NCBI GenBank assembly: GCA_963762565.1
Contig: CAVXLD010000011.1
Coordinates: 160,001-224,000 of the forward strand
Length of the DNA: 64,000 nt
Source: an uncultured Verrucomicrobiae bacterium
Lineage (GTDB): Bacteria > Verrucomicrobiota > Verrucomicrobiia > Chthoniobacterales > JAFAMB01
Reading direction: 5' to 3'
Shown: one piece after another, positions 1-8,220 of the stretch
How positions within the stretch are numbered: the first letter of the stretch is position 1
Layout: each line of letters opens with the position of its first letter
Program-made: the position numbers and the translations under genes
The notes under the pieces: model-generated
Databases searched by the model: none
Told to the model about the DNA's origin: nothing
Seen by the model: the letters and a program-made list of their open reading frames with translations, nothing else

Positions 1-4
1 CGCC

Positions 5-295
5 GTGCGATTTTATCGCGAGGTTTTCGGTGGCGAAGTCCTCAAGGAATCTGAAGTGATCAGCGAGGTTTCTATCTGCGGCGCCACCATCGGTATCCAT
101 GGCGGAGGTGAGGGGAAACGGACTTGGACCGGCCTCAGTTTTCAGGTTGCGGATGTGATCGCAGGTGCAGCGGAGGTGGTTGCTGCCGGCGGCCAGCTTA
201 CCCGCGAACCTCAACCCGAAGGAGGTGAACCGCCTCACCTGGCAATGTGCGTGGACACCGAAGGCAACGAATTCATGCTCACCCGCAAACGGTAA
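5..295 (+). CDS. VOC/glyoxalase family protein (5' partial)
   Basis: RFYREVFGG...LSFQVADV...GG...DTEGNEF motifs; runs from the window edge. Confidence 0.8.
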   Translation: MRFYREVFGGEVLKESEVISEVSICGATIGIHGGGEGKRTWTGLSFQVADVIAGAAEVVAAGGQLTREPQPEGGEPPHLAMCVDTEGNEFMLTRKR

Positions 296-385
296 CTCGC
301 CTTAGGCTCGTTATAGCAGATAGCAGATAGCAAATAGCAAATGACGCTCGCCTTCCCGGCGTATTGCACGTGAGGCATTTGCTAT
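293..385. repeat. Gene-end motif TAACTCGCCTTAGGCTCGTTA followed by TAGCA(G/A)A heptamer repeats
   Basis: 21-bp motif at 293-313 is repeated exactly at 732-752; both are followed by tagcaga/tagcaaa heptamers; inverted heptamer arm at about 376-405. Confidence 0.75.
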
Positions 386-435
386 CTGCTATTTGCGATT
401 TGCTATTCCGGGACGAGTTTCAGACGAGTCCCGAT

Positions 436-744
436 ATGATTGCTCGGCTTTGGCATGGAAGAGTTCCTCGCGAAAAAAGTGAGGAATACCTGGAAAAGAT
501 GCGCAGGGTTGCTCTGCCGGATTACGAGCGCACGCCTGGTAACCGCGGCGCCTATTGTCTGCACCGGATCGACGGGAACCTGACTCATTTTGAGATGTTA
601 ACCTTCTGGGACGACGTGGACGCGATCAAACGTTTCGCCGGGGAAGACTATCAGAAGGCTCGCTACTATGATTTTGATGACGACTTTCTCATCGAGAAAG
701 AACCGTTCGTCCTCCATTTTGAGGTTAGCGTTAACTCGCCTTAG
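436..744 (+). CDS. Antibiotic biosynthesis monooxygenase (ABM)-like dimeric alpha-beta barrel protein
   Basis: MIARLWHG...TPGNRGA...LTFWDDVDAIKRFAGEDY signature; start moved to ATG 436 because the upstream part is repeat-derived. Confidence 0.8.
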   Translation: MIARLWHGRVPREKSEEYLEKMRRVALPDYERTPGNRGAYCLHRIDGNLTHFEMLTFWDDVDAIKRFAGEDYQKARYYDFDDDFLIEKEPFVLHFEVSVNSP

Positions 745-873
745 GCTCGTTAACGAATAGCAAATCGCAAATAGCAGATAGCGAATGTCTCGAGTGCGAA
801 CACCGCTCCGTAGGAGTCAAATCTTTATAGCTACGGTGACGCAAAGGGAGAAAAGCTCCGTTAGGAGCGGCAT
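732..873. repeat. Second gene-end motif, heptamers and GCTCCGTAGGAG palindromic repeat
   Basis: gctccgtaggag..aatctttatag at 805-830 recurs at about 32956-32981; gctccgttaggagc at 855-868. Confidence 0.6.
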
Positions 874-951
874 AGAAAGTGGTTTCCAAGTTGACTCCAA
901 ACGAGTGTGGCTGGGTGGCATCTCTGTACGCAGAAGAAGAACGTTTCCGTA

Positions 952-1140
952 GGCCACGGATGCAGAGCCGCGCCGAGGTGGTCCCACTGACCCAAGGCGA
1001 TGCCGTAGCCTTCGCCGTACACCATTCGGCCGATGCAAGGTGTAAGAGGAACCTATCGAGTCAATCTACGACATGGCGTCAGCCGAATTCGTTCCGGCCG
1101 CCGTCATACCGTCGGCATCATATTTCATGATGCGACGTGA
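952..1140 (+). pseudogene. C-terminal remnant of a DUF2086-type 2OG-Fe(II) oxygenase
   Basis: RPRMQSRAEVVPLTQGDAVAFAVHH, frameshift near 1026, then RPMQGVRGTYRVNLRHGVSRIRSGRRHTVGIIFHDAT*; no 5' part. Confidence 0.75.
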
Positions 1141-1311
1141 CTACTGCCGTCGCTAGCCTGGAACCGGGGAGGATCAGGAATGATCCGGCAGCCGCCGGAA
1201 CCAGTGACGGATGCGTTCCCAGGGCCATTTGAGGAATTGCCTTCGATTTGTCATCTGTCATGTGTCATTTGTCATTCCGTCCGTCTTTTTACCCTCGTTT
1301 TAAATTAAACT

Positions 1312-2184
1312 ATGAATCCAATCGGAATACACTTCGGCTACTGGACCCAATATTGGAGTTCAGACCCACTAGACTTCGTCGCCAGAGCTAAGAAATGCGG
1401 GTTTGATGTTTTGGAAGTGAACGCTCCAAAAGTGACCCTCATGAGCAACGCCGAACGAGACAAGTTGAAAGCCGCAGTGGCCGAGGCGGGTCTCACCCTG
1501 ACCTATAGTATCGGCATGAAGGATGATATGGACCTGGTCTCAGAAGATTCCGCGGTTCGAAAGAAAGGGATCGCCTTTCTACAGGACGTATCGAAGGCGA
1601 TGAACTATGTGGGTGGAAGAGTAATGGCTGGGATCAACTACAGTTCATGGCCCCGGAAATTGCTGCCCGGAGAAGACAAACGAGTGCTGACAGATCGAGC
1701 GATTGCCGGGGTGAAAGAAGCGATCAAGGCGGCCGAAGATAACGACGTCCTTTTCTGTGTCGAAGTCGTCAATCGTTTCGAACAATTCATGATGAATACG
1801 GCGGAAGAGGGCGTTGCATTCGCCGAGAGAGTGGGTAGCCCTAATTGTAAAATCTTGCTCGATACGTTTCACATGAATATCGAGGAAGACAGCTTCCGCG
1901 AGTCAATCCTGCACGCCGGAGAATGGCTTGGTCATTTCCATCTGGGTGAGAGCAACCGGCGGCCTCCCGGAGAAGGCCGACTGCCTTGGCCTGAGATTCT
2001 TGGTGCTTTGAAGGAAATTAACTACCAGGGTGCCGTGGTAATGGAACCGTTTCTGTTACCTGGGGGCGATGTGGGCCGCGATATTTCTGTCTTCCGAGAC
2101 CTTTTGGGAAATGGCGACCTGGACGAAAAAGCGGCGCGCTCCGTTAAGTTCGTCCGGGCTGAACAGGAAAAGGTTTCAGGCTGA
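1312..2184 (+). CDS. Sugar phosphate isomerase/epimerase, D-psicose/D-tagatose 3-epimerase-like
   Basis: EVVNRFE, LLDTFHMNIEE, HFHLGESNRRPPGEG and MEPF metal-binding motifs. Confidence 0.9.
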   Translation: MNPIGIHFGYWTQYWSSDPLDFVARAKKCGFDVLEVNAPKVTLMSNAERDKLKAAVAEAGLTLTYSIGMKDDMDLVSEDSAVRKKGIAFLQDVSKAMNYVGGRVMAGINYSSWPRKLLPGEDKRVLTDRAIAGVKEAIKAAEDNDVLFCVEVVNRFEQFMMNTAEEGVAFAERVGSPNCKILLDTFHMNIEEDSFRESILHAGEWLGHFHLGESNRRPPGEGRLPWPEILGALKEINYQGAVVMEPFLLPGGDVGRDISVFRDLLGNGDLDEKAARSVKFVRAEQEKVSG

Positions 2185-2242
2185 TCTGCCGCTGCGAAAC
2201 GGCGAGTTCGGAAAGGGACGGAAAACCGCTTTGGGCAAAAGT

Positions 2243-2529
2243 AAGCCTCGCGCAGAGGAGGCAACGAAAAAAGATGAGCGACGCAAAGGGCGCAACGGAA
2301 GGGGAAGAACGTGAAAGGTGAAAGGGGGGAGGCCTAATGGAAGACCCGACTTCTCCAACTAGGCTAGATTCTCGATAGCGCTTTCCGTCTTTTTTGCGTT
2401 CTTGACGCTCTTTCGCGGCTATTCAGGCTTTTCACTTTTCGCCTCTCACCTTCCCCTCTCCCCTCTGCGTCCTTTGCGTCCTCTGCGCCGAGGCTCATCT
2501 TTTTTCGTTGCGTCCTCTGCGCGAGGCTT
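2243..2529. repeat. Non-coding element bounded by AGCCTCGCGCAGAGG inverted repeats (9-nt periodic family)
   Basis: aagcctcgcgcagaggaggcaacgaaaaaagatgagc pairs with gctcatcttttttcgttgcgtcctctgcgcgaggctt. Confidence 0.85.
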
Positions 2530-2624
2530 GTCTGGCGTTTGCAGGGAGGGAACAGCCAACCTTAACGGCCAACCCACGGAGGGGGTTGCACAACTCGCGC
2601 TAGTGCGGCACTCTCTGCCGACAA

Positions 2625-3242
2625 ATGGCTTGGTTGCTAATAATCGTTTCGAGTTATCTCATTGGTTCAGTTCCGTTTGGATTTATTCTCGCGCGAGCAA
2701 AGGGGATCGATATCCGAGACAAGGGCAGTGGGAATATCGGGGCGGCGAACGCGGCTCGGGTGATGGGCAGAAAGTGGGGCTACGCGGTTTTTCTTTGCGA
2801 CTTTTTGAAGGGTTTTCTTTCAGTAAAACTCGGTCAGCTGATCGCTGGCTCTTTTGGAGTCGATCCTGTTTTAGCGAGCGTCCTTGCCGCTACCGCGGCT
2901 GTTATCGGGCACGATTTCCCAGTCTGGCTCGGCTTCAAAGGTGGCAAGGGTATCGCTACTCTGGCCGGAGTGGTTCTAGGTGTGTTTTCACCTCTAGTCT
3001 GCGTTTCGTTTGGGATCGTGTGGGTCGTCGTTTTCCTACTGGGACGGTACACCTCGCTGGCGTCAATCTGCGCGGTTATCGCTCTTCCGATCGCCGCCGC
3101 TCTGATCGTGGCCAAGAACCAAACCGGCTTTCAATTAATGATCGGCTTTTGCGCATTCATGGCGGCCTTGGCGCTCTGGAAGCACCGCGCCAACATCGTG
3201 CGGCTGCTGAATGGGACGGAAAACCGGTTTGGGAAAAAATAG
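2625..3242 (+). CDS. plsY: Glycerol-3-phosphate acyltransferase PlsY
   Basis: YLIGSVPFG, DIRDKGSGNIGAAN, GHDFPVWLGFKGGKGIAT, KHRANIVRL. Confidence 0.95.
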   Translation: MAWLLIIVSSYLIGSVPFGFILARAKGIDIRDKGSGNIGAANAARVMGRKWGYAVFLCDFLKGFLSVKLGQLIAGSFGVDPVLASVLAATAAVIGHDFPVWLGFKGGKGIATLAGVVLGVFSPLVCVSFGIVWVVVFLLGRYTSLASICAVIALPIAAALIVAKNQTGFQLMIGFCAFMAALALWKHRANIVRLLNGTENRFGKK

Positions 3243-3987
3243 CCTCGCGCAGAGGGCAGCGGAAAAAAGATGAGCCTCGCGCAAAGGACGCAGAGGACGC
3301 AACGGATAGTTTATTAGTGAGGTTCCACCAGGCGATTGGCCAGACGTTTAATGCCGTTTTTAAGATGTTCCTCGCCGAAATTGATCAGGTATCCGAGGCG
3401 CAAGTCTGTTAATCGAAGCTGGGTCAGAACTTGCTTTGCATGAATAGGCTGCAAAGCCTCAACCGACTTTAGCTCCACGATGACTTTATTTTCTACAATC
3501 AGGTCCGCGCGAAATCCTTCATCGAAATGTAGGCCCCGATAGATGATCGGGACCGGCCTCTGACGCTCGACTGTCAGCCCAATTCTTTGCAGCTCATGCG
3601 CTAGAACCACCTCGTAGACGGTTTCTAAGAGCCCGGGCCCAAGCTCGGTATGAATCTCGAAAGCCAGATCTAAGATCCTTTTGCCTAATTGGTTTTCAGT
3701 CATAATGAGTCCGGGGTTGTAGCAATCGTTTCTCTGCGACTCAATCCAATCCTTCCTTGTCTTTCGTTGCGTCCGTTGCGTCCTCTGCGCGAGGCTGATC
3801 AGGGTTTGTCGCAAGTGTGTGTACACCTCCGCCTTGAACAGGAGCCCTCTCCCGCGCTTTCCGTTGCGTCCTCCGCGCCCTCTGCGCGAGGCTTGTCTGG
3901 AGTTTGCTGCAAAGTTGTATGTGTCTCAGCCTTAACAACCCTCTCCCGCCCTTTCCGTTGCGTCCTTCGCGTCCTTTGCGCGAGGCT
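3241..3987. repeat. Nested 9-nt periodic inverted repeats flanking the GxxExxY gene
   Basis: Arms at 3241, 3273-3306 (forward) and 3763-3796, 3860-3893, 3954-3987 (reverse); the inner pair matches at 30 of 34 positions. Confidence 0.85.
3314..3703 (-). CDS. GxxExxY protein (PD-(D/E)XK nuclease superfamily)
   Basis: LGPGLLETVY (GxxExxY), FRADLIVENKVIVELKS, LGYLINF; start MTENQ at 3703. Confidence 0.92.
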   Translation of the reverse strand: MTENQLGKRILDLAFEIHTELGPGLLETVYEVVLAHELQRIGLTVERQRPVPIIYRGLHFDEGFRADLIVENKVIVELKSVEALQPIHAKQVLTQLRLTDLRLGYLINFGEEHLKNGIKRLANRLVEPH

Positions 3988-4802
3988 CAGTGCGGCTTGG
4001 TTCTCGCGAGTCGCGCCTGATATACGAGTCGCTTGATAAACATCGGAAGCGACCCGACGACCGTCATTGCAAAATTCACCAGTGCACCCGGAACCACCCT
4101 GGCGCGATCATTCGCAGCGGCTTGCAAGGCGTCGCGAACGACTTTTTCGACCGGAACAACTAAGAACGGGGCGGTGTGGCTTGATCGGTCGCCTGTGCGC
4201 GTCGCATACAAAAGGTACTCGGTCGAGACAGGACCCGGACAGAGGACAGTGACGGAAACATTGGACGATCGCAGCTCCGCTCGAACGGCTTCGCTGAAAC
4301 TCGTCAGGTAAGCTTTCGTGGCGGCATAGACGGCATTGTTGGGTAAAGGCAGGAACGAAGCGATAGAACTGACGTTGAGGATCACACCTCGTCCGGTTCT
4401 CTTAAGGATGGGTAGAACCCTGAGAGTGAGATAGGTTAACGCGTTGATATTAACCTGGAGGAGGGAGCTGACCCGTTCCCATTCGCTGTTGATAAACGGT
4501 CCATGGTCGCCTAGGCCGGCGTTGTTGATCAGGAAATCGAGAGCAAATCCACTCTGGTCGAGCCAATCACAGAAACCCTCTAGGCTGCGTTGCTCGCGAA
4601 GATCTATCGAGCGAGTGACCACCTCCAACGTGGCATTCGTCGCCTTAAGTTCTGATTCCAACGCCTGTAGGCGATCGTTGCGACGCGCTAGTAGAATCAT
4701 CTTCGCCGCCACGGGAGCAAGCTGCCGGGCAAACTCGGAGCCAATCCCCGAGGAAGCACCGGTAATTAGAATCGTGCGTCCAGTGAAATAGCTGCTGCTC
4801 AT
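3987..4802 (-). CDS. Short-chain dehydrogenase/reductase (SDR)
   Basis: ITGASSGIG, NNAG, YAATK. Confidence 0.92.
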   Translation of the reverse strand: MSSSYFTGRTILITGASSGIGSEFARQLAPVAAKMILLARRNDRLQALESELKATNATLEVVTRSIDLREQRSLEGFCDWLDQSGFALDFLINNAGLGDHGPFINSEWERVSSLLQVNINALTYLTLRVLPILKRTGRGVILNVSSIASFLPLPNNAVYAATKAYLTSFSEAVRAELRSSNVSVTVLCPGPVSTEYLLYATRTGDRSSHTAPFLVVPVEKVVRDALQAAANDRARVVPGALVNFAMTVVGSLPMFIKRLVYQARLARTKPH

Positions 4803-5046
4803 AAGTGTGCGAATGCGCACGGTACCGATCGCCGGGCGGAACTCAAGACAGATGGCTGCGAACCGACTATGCCTCGCGCAGAGCAGACTTCGCCCCGTCT
4901 CCCCCTTTAGCTACGTCGACCCAGGGACGGGAAGGACGCAATGGATAGTAGAGGGAGAGCGCCGGTTGAGGCTGAGGCAGGCGGGCGGATGCAACCGCAA
5001 ACCACAACCGCCAACCGCAAACCAATCACTAATCACCAATCAGTTC

Positions 5047-5496
5047 TCACTGACCCTGCTGTGGTGGTGGCGGTGGTGCTGGACGTCTCGGCTCAGGGTT
5101 GCGACGTGGATTTGGATTTTCTCGAGGATGCTCCGGTGGCCGTCGCAGTTTAGGCCGGTGCCGTTCGGTAGGCGACGGCGACTCCGGGTTTGAAGAGTCT
5201 ACCGACGGGGAAGGCGATGCCTTTGGCTGAGAGAGCGGGGAAGCGGAAGGGGACGGCGATCCGCTCGGAGACGGCATCGGCGCAGCGGACCGCGGCGAGG
5301 CAGACGGGGTTGGCGAGGGTGAGGGCGATGGAGAAGCCGATGATGTTGGACTGGGCGATACAACTCGCGAAGTCGACGCCGACGCTGACGGAGATGCCGA
5401 TGGCGAAGGCGAGCCTTTCAGTCTCGGTCCAGCCCAAAGGCCCAATAGAATGATACCGGTGAAGGCAATGGCTTTCGAAGGTGACATTGTGGCCAT
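5047..5496 (-). CDS. Ser/Pro-rich low-complexity protein with an N-terminal hydrophobic segment
   Basis: AIAFTGIILLGLWAG followed by SPSPSASP repeats. Confidence 0.55.
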   Translation of the reverse strand: MATMSPSKAIAFTGIILLGLWAGPRLKGSPSPSASPSASASTSRVVSPSPTSSASPSPSPSPTPSASPRSAAPMPSPSGSPSPSASPLSQPKASPSPSVDSSNPESPSPTERHRPKLRRPPEHPRENPNPRRNPEPRRPAPPPPPQQGQ

Positions 5497-5725
5497 GGGT
5501 TGAGGTTACATGGTAACAGCGGGTTTTCGGTGACAAGAAACAGAAGCTCACACAGACGACACTGCTCCTAGCCACAGGGTAGACGACAAAAGAACCGCGG
5601 ATTGCACAGATTTTGATGCGCTTTTCGCTTGCCTTAACCGAGCCCTGGGAGCGATGCGTGACATCTCCCAGATCCGCGGGATTAAAACAGAAGGAATATC
5701 CGCAGATTTACGGACCGAAATTTAT

Positions 5726-5885
5726 ATATCCGCAGATTACGCAGATTACGCAGATTTCGTCTTTATTGTTGAAGCCGTCAGGGAGCACTGAATCCGCTAA
5801 ACCAAAATACACGATGTTTTCCAATTCGCTGGTGTAGCCGGAGTCTCTATACGAAATCTGCGAAATCTGCGTAATCTGCGGATAT
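5726..5885. repeat. Inverted repeat of CGCAGATTA 9-mers
   Basis: atatccgcagattacgcagattacgcagatttcgt (5726-5760) pairs with acgaaatctgcgaaatctgcgtaatctgcggatat (5851-5885). Confidence 0.85.
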
Positions 5886-5942
5886 TTCCTGTCTTCTGAT
5901 ATTTGCGGACCAATCGTGCGAGGTCTTTAGAGCTTTTCCTCA

Positions 5943-6179
5943 CTACAAGCTCACCGGACCCCAACCCGGATCGGCGGATCTCGGTAACGAAATCCTGGGC
6001 AAGCCTTGGTCCTTGAAGCCGGTAGCAGAGTGGTGGTCCTGGGTGGAGTCGTGAAATGGCCAGAGGAATCCAAACAGGGATAGGGCCATGATGACGCTGG
6101 CAAAAGCGACCGTCCGCTCCCTAGCCGGTTCTGACCGTACGGTTTTTCTTCTCATAAATAATAGAGAAACACGTTGCAT
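5943..6179 (-). CDS. Small hypothetical single-TM protein
   Basis: Basic N-terminus and hydrophobic VAFASVIMALSLFGFLWPF; no family recognised. Confidence 0.4.
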   Translation of the reverse strand: MQRVSLLFMRRKTVRSEPARERTVAFASVIMALSLFGFLWPFHDSTQDHHSATGFKDQGLPRISLPRSADPGWGPVSL

Positions 6180-6334
6180 GCCAGCTGCTGTATCTCTCGC
6201 TTGTGGCTCTGGCTGAGCCGGTTACGCCTGGAATAGGATCCAGCGTCTTGGTACGAGATTTCGAATGTTTGATGGGCCGTTTCGTTGCGCGGCGTCCCAC
6301 TGCTGTTACGAGTTCTGATTCTCAATTGGCTGCT

Positions 6335-6928
6335 TTACTGGCCAATGTTCGGCAAAAAACTGGAACAAGAAGATCCGAATCCCTGGCAAGAATATTGGGG
6401 CGAAACCTTCGGTTCTCGCGTGCAACTGACTAGAGCGGGAATTTCGCGGCCGATCCGCATGCGATACTTATATTCCCTGTCCTCGGCGGGCAATTCGCTG
6501 CCTGTGTCTAGCGCGACGATGACAAGATCCGGATGCCGATCCCAAGGGACTTCGAACGATTTAGCGGACCCGGTTCTGGCTTGCATAAAAGCCCATTCGA
6601 ATTGCGAAACAGAACGGATTAACGGGTCCGGGTGGGGGTGCAGCGAGCAGAGGAAGGACCGGCTGAGCTCTTCGATAAATGGAGAAGTCGGATGGCAGTT
6701 AAAATAGGTTGATACCGTAGCATCGAAGCAACCCAGGCGTTTCAATAAACGCGAGGTGAATCTGCACTGCGCCTCCAGCTGAAGCGCACGCCACCAAATC
6801 GCGATCTCACTCAGCATCGCTAGACCGCGCGAACCCGCTACTTCTTCCAAGTACGGATCGTCGATGATAACATCCTGGTTCTTGATAAGCGCCAGCAGCC
6901 CCCTTTGCTGCCTTTCGAGCTGAGTCAT
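6335..6928 (-). CDS. MNIO partner protein (DUF2063/HvfC/BufC-like role)
   Basis: 4-nt overlap with the DUF692 stop; N-terminal LERQQRGLLALI helix, YF..HP..PF and FEWA motifs resemble DUF692 partner proteins. Confidence 0.65.
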   Translation of the reverse strand: MTQLERQQRGLLALIKNQDVIIDDPYLEEVAGSRGLAMLSEIAIWWRALQLEAQCRFTSRLLKRLGCFDATVSTYFNCHPTSPFIEELSRSFLCSLHPHPDPLIRSVSQFEWAFMQARTGSAKSFEVPWDRHPDLVIVALDTGSELPAEDREYKYRMRIGREIPALVSCTREPKVSPQYSCQGFGSSCSSFLPNIGQ

Positions 6929-7791
6929 AACTCAATCGCCTGTCTGACCCGAGCCAGCTCGGAACAAATTCCGTTGTGTCCAAGCAAAGGAATCGCTTCT
7001 TTGAGAAATTCGAATGTTACAACCCGTAAACTCGGTGCGCGTCTTATGATCTCAAGTCCAAGGCTTAGGGTGCTGTCGCCGGTGCGATGCGAATGGATAT
7101 CGAGATAAAACCCGTTATGCTGGGTACCACCCGCGAGGTGAAGTTCGCGAACCGGCCGCATATCAAGCTCGTCAAGAAATGAGTTAATATCCAAGTCTTG
7201 ATTGTAGGCGTCACATTCCAGGTTATAAGCGTCGAGGATCAGACCACATCCTGTCCGCGACGTAATTGCATTGAGAAAACCGGCAGCTGTAAATTGGGCG
7301 GGACCATCCGGCAAAAGCTGGATCACATGTTCGAGAAGGAATGGGACACCGTACCGATGCTGGATCGATTGCACCCGCTCGCAAACCAAATCCAATACTT
7401 CTTCAGTTCGCGGCAAAGCCAACATGGTGCCGACGTTTTCTCCGTCAACCATGGTGCAGGCCAGGTGTTCACTGTGCCAATCGAGTTCAAGTCGGGTAAA
7501 AAGATCGTCAAGCAACCTGAGATACTGGTCATTCCAGTGATCAAAAGACCCTATCGAGAGTCCGACTCCATGCGCGATGAAGCTGATGTCTGGTGCGACC
7601 GAAACGTACTCTGCCAGCACCTCGCTACGCAATGATGCGCGACCAGCCTCTGATCGGGCGACCGCGTCCGGCGTGATCTCGATCGCATCAATAATCGGCA
7701 CGATGCGCTCCAGAAGAGCGGGATCATCGCCTTCGTAGGTAGTAGCCAGCGCCGGGCGAGAGGCGGTGAACGTTCTATCAGCGCTGGCCAT
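6925..7791 (-). CDS. DUF692 family multinuclear non-heme iron-dependent oxidative enzyme (MNIO)
   Basis: HGVGLSIG, SEHL, LLEH, LDAYN, ELHLAGG, LDIHS and VTFE iron-ligand motifs in family order. Confidence 0.92.
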   Translation of the reverse strand: MASADRTFTASRPALATTYEGDDPALLERIVPIIDAIEITPDAVARSEAGRASLRSEVLAEYVSVAPDISFIAHGVGLSIGSFDHWNDQYLRLLDDLFTRLELDWHSEHLACTMVDGENVGTMLALPRTEEVLDLVCERVQSIQHRYGVPFLLEHVIQLLPDGPAQFTAAGFLNAITSRTGCGLILDAYNLECDAYNQDLDINSFLDELDMRPVRELHLAGGTQHNGFYLDIHSHRTGDSTLSLGLEIIRRAPSLRVVTFEFLKEAIPLLGHNGICSELARVRQAIEL

Positions 7792-7851
7792 CTTCCGGGT
7801 TTACCCTCCAAAGCTTGCGGACTTCACTCCGGGAAGCTCTGAATTTTCCTG

Positions 7852-8010
7852 TTATTCTACAGGATTCCCACTGAGTTGTAGGTCGATGCCCAACAGCCCA
7901 CATGTCCTACAGCCGCTCAGTCCCACAATCGTATCTACGATCGTATGCAGGTGTTCGAGCGTCACATCTTCGGTGACATGAATCTGTACCTTTCCGGTTA
8001 CTTCTGGCAT
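7852..8010 (-). CDS. Putative MNIO RiPP precursor peptide, 52 aa (not in the ORF track)
   Basis: Manual translation MPEVTGKVQIHVTEDVTLEHLHTIVDTIVGLSGCRTCGLLGIDLQLSGNPVE*; RBS AAGGAG 7 nt upstream; directly upstream of DUF692. Confidence 0.8.
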   Translation of the reverse strand: MPEVTGKVQIHVTEDVTLEHLHTIVDTIVGLSGCRTCGLLGIDLQLSGNPVE

Positions 8011-8050
8011 ATACAATCTCCTTCAATTACATTGTTGAATTACTGACGGA

Positions 8051-8091
8051 TGAAGACGAAACCATGGAATCGTTTCGCCCACACGTCTTCA
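8051..8091. other. Imperfect hairpin upstream of the precursor (possible terminator or regulatory element)
   Basis: tgaagacg...cgtcttca with inner gaaac/gtttc. Confidence 0.3.
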
Positions 8092-8220
8092 CGCTAAGCT
8101 TCGGGCACCAGCTGGTAAATACGTCGAATGACGTACTATCCTGGCGATCACACCCAAAGCCACAAGAGGAAGGTGGCGACCTTACCTCCTTTGTGCCTCA
8201 GTGTCCTTGTGCGAGCAGCC

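Noticed and set aside
2402..3412. 336-aa plus-strand ORF
   Set aside because: Off-frame shadow of plsY with repeat-derived ends (LRPLRPLR); not protein-like.
3241..3987. Possible CRISPR array from recurring 34-bp repeats
   Set aside because: Repeats are inverted, degenerate and irregularly spaced, and no cas genes are present.
7852..7854. Selenocysteine or pyrrolysine recoding of the precursor stop
   Set aside because: The codon is TAA, not TGA or TAG.
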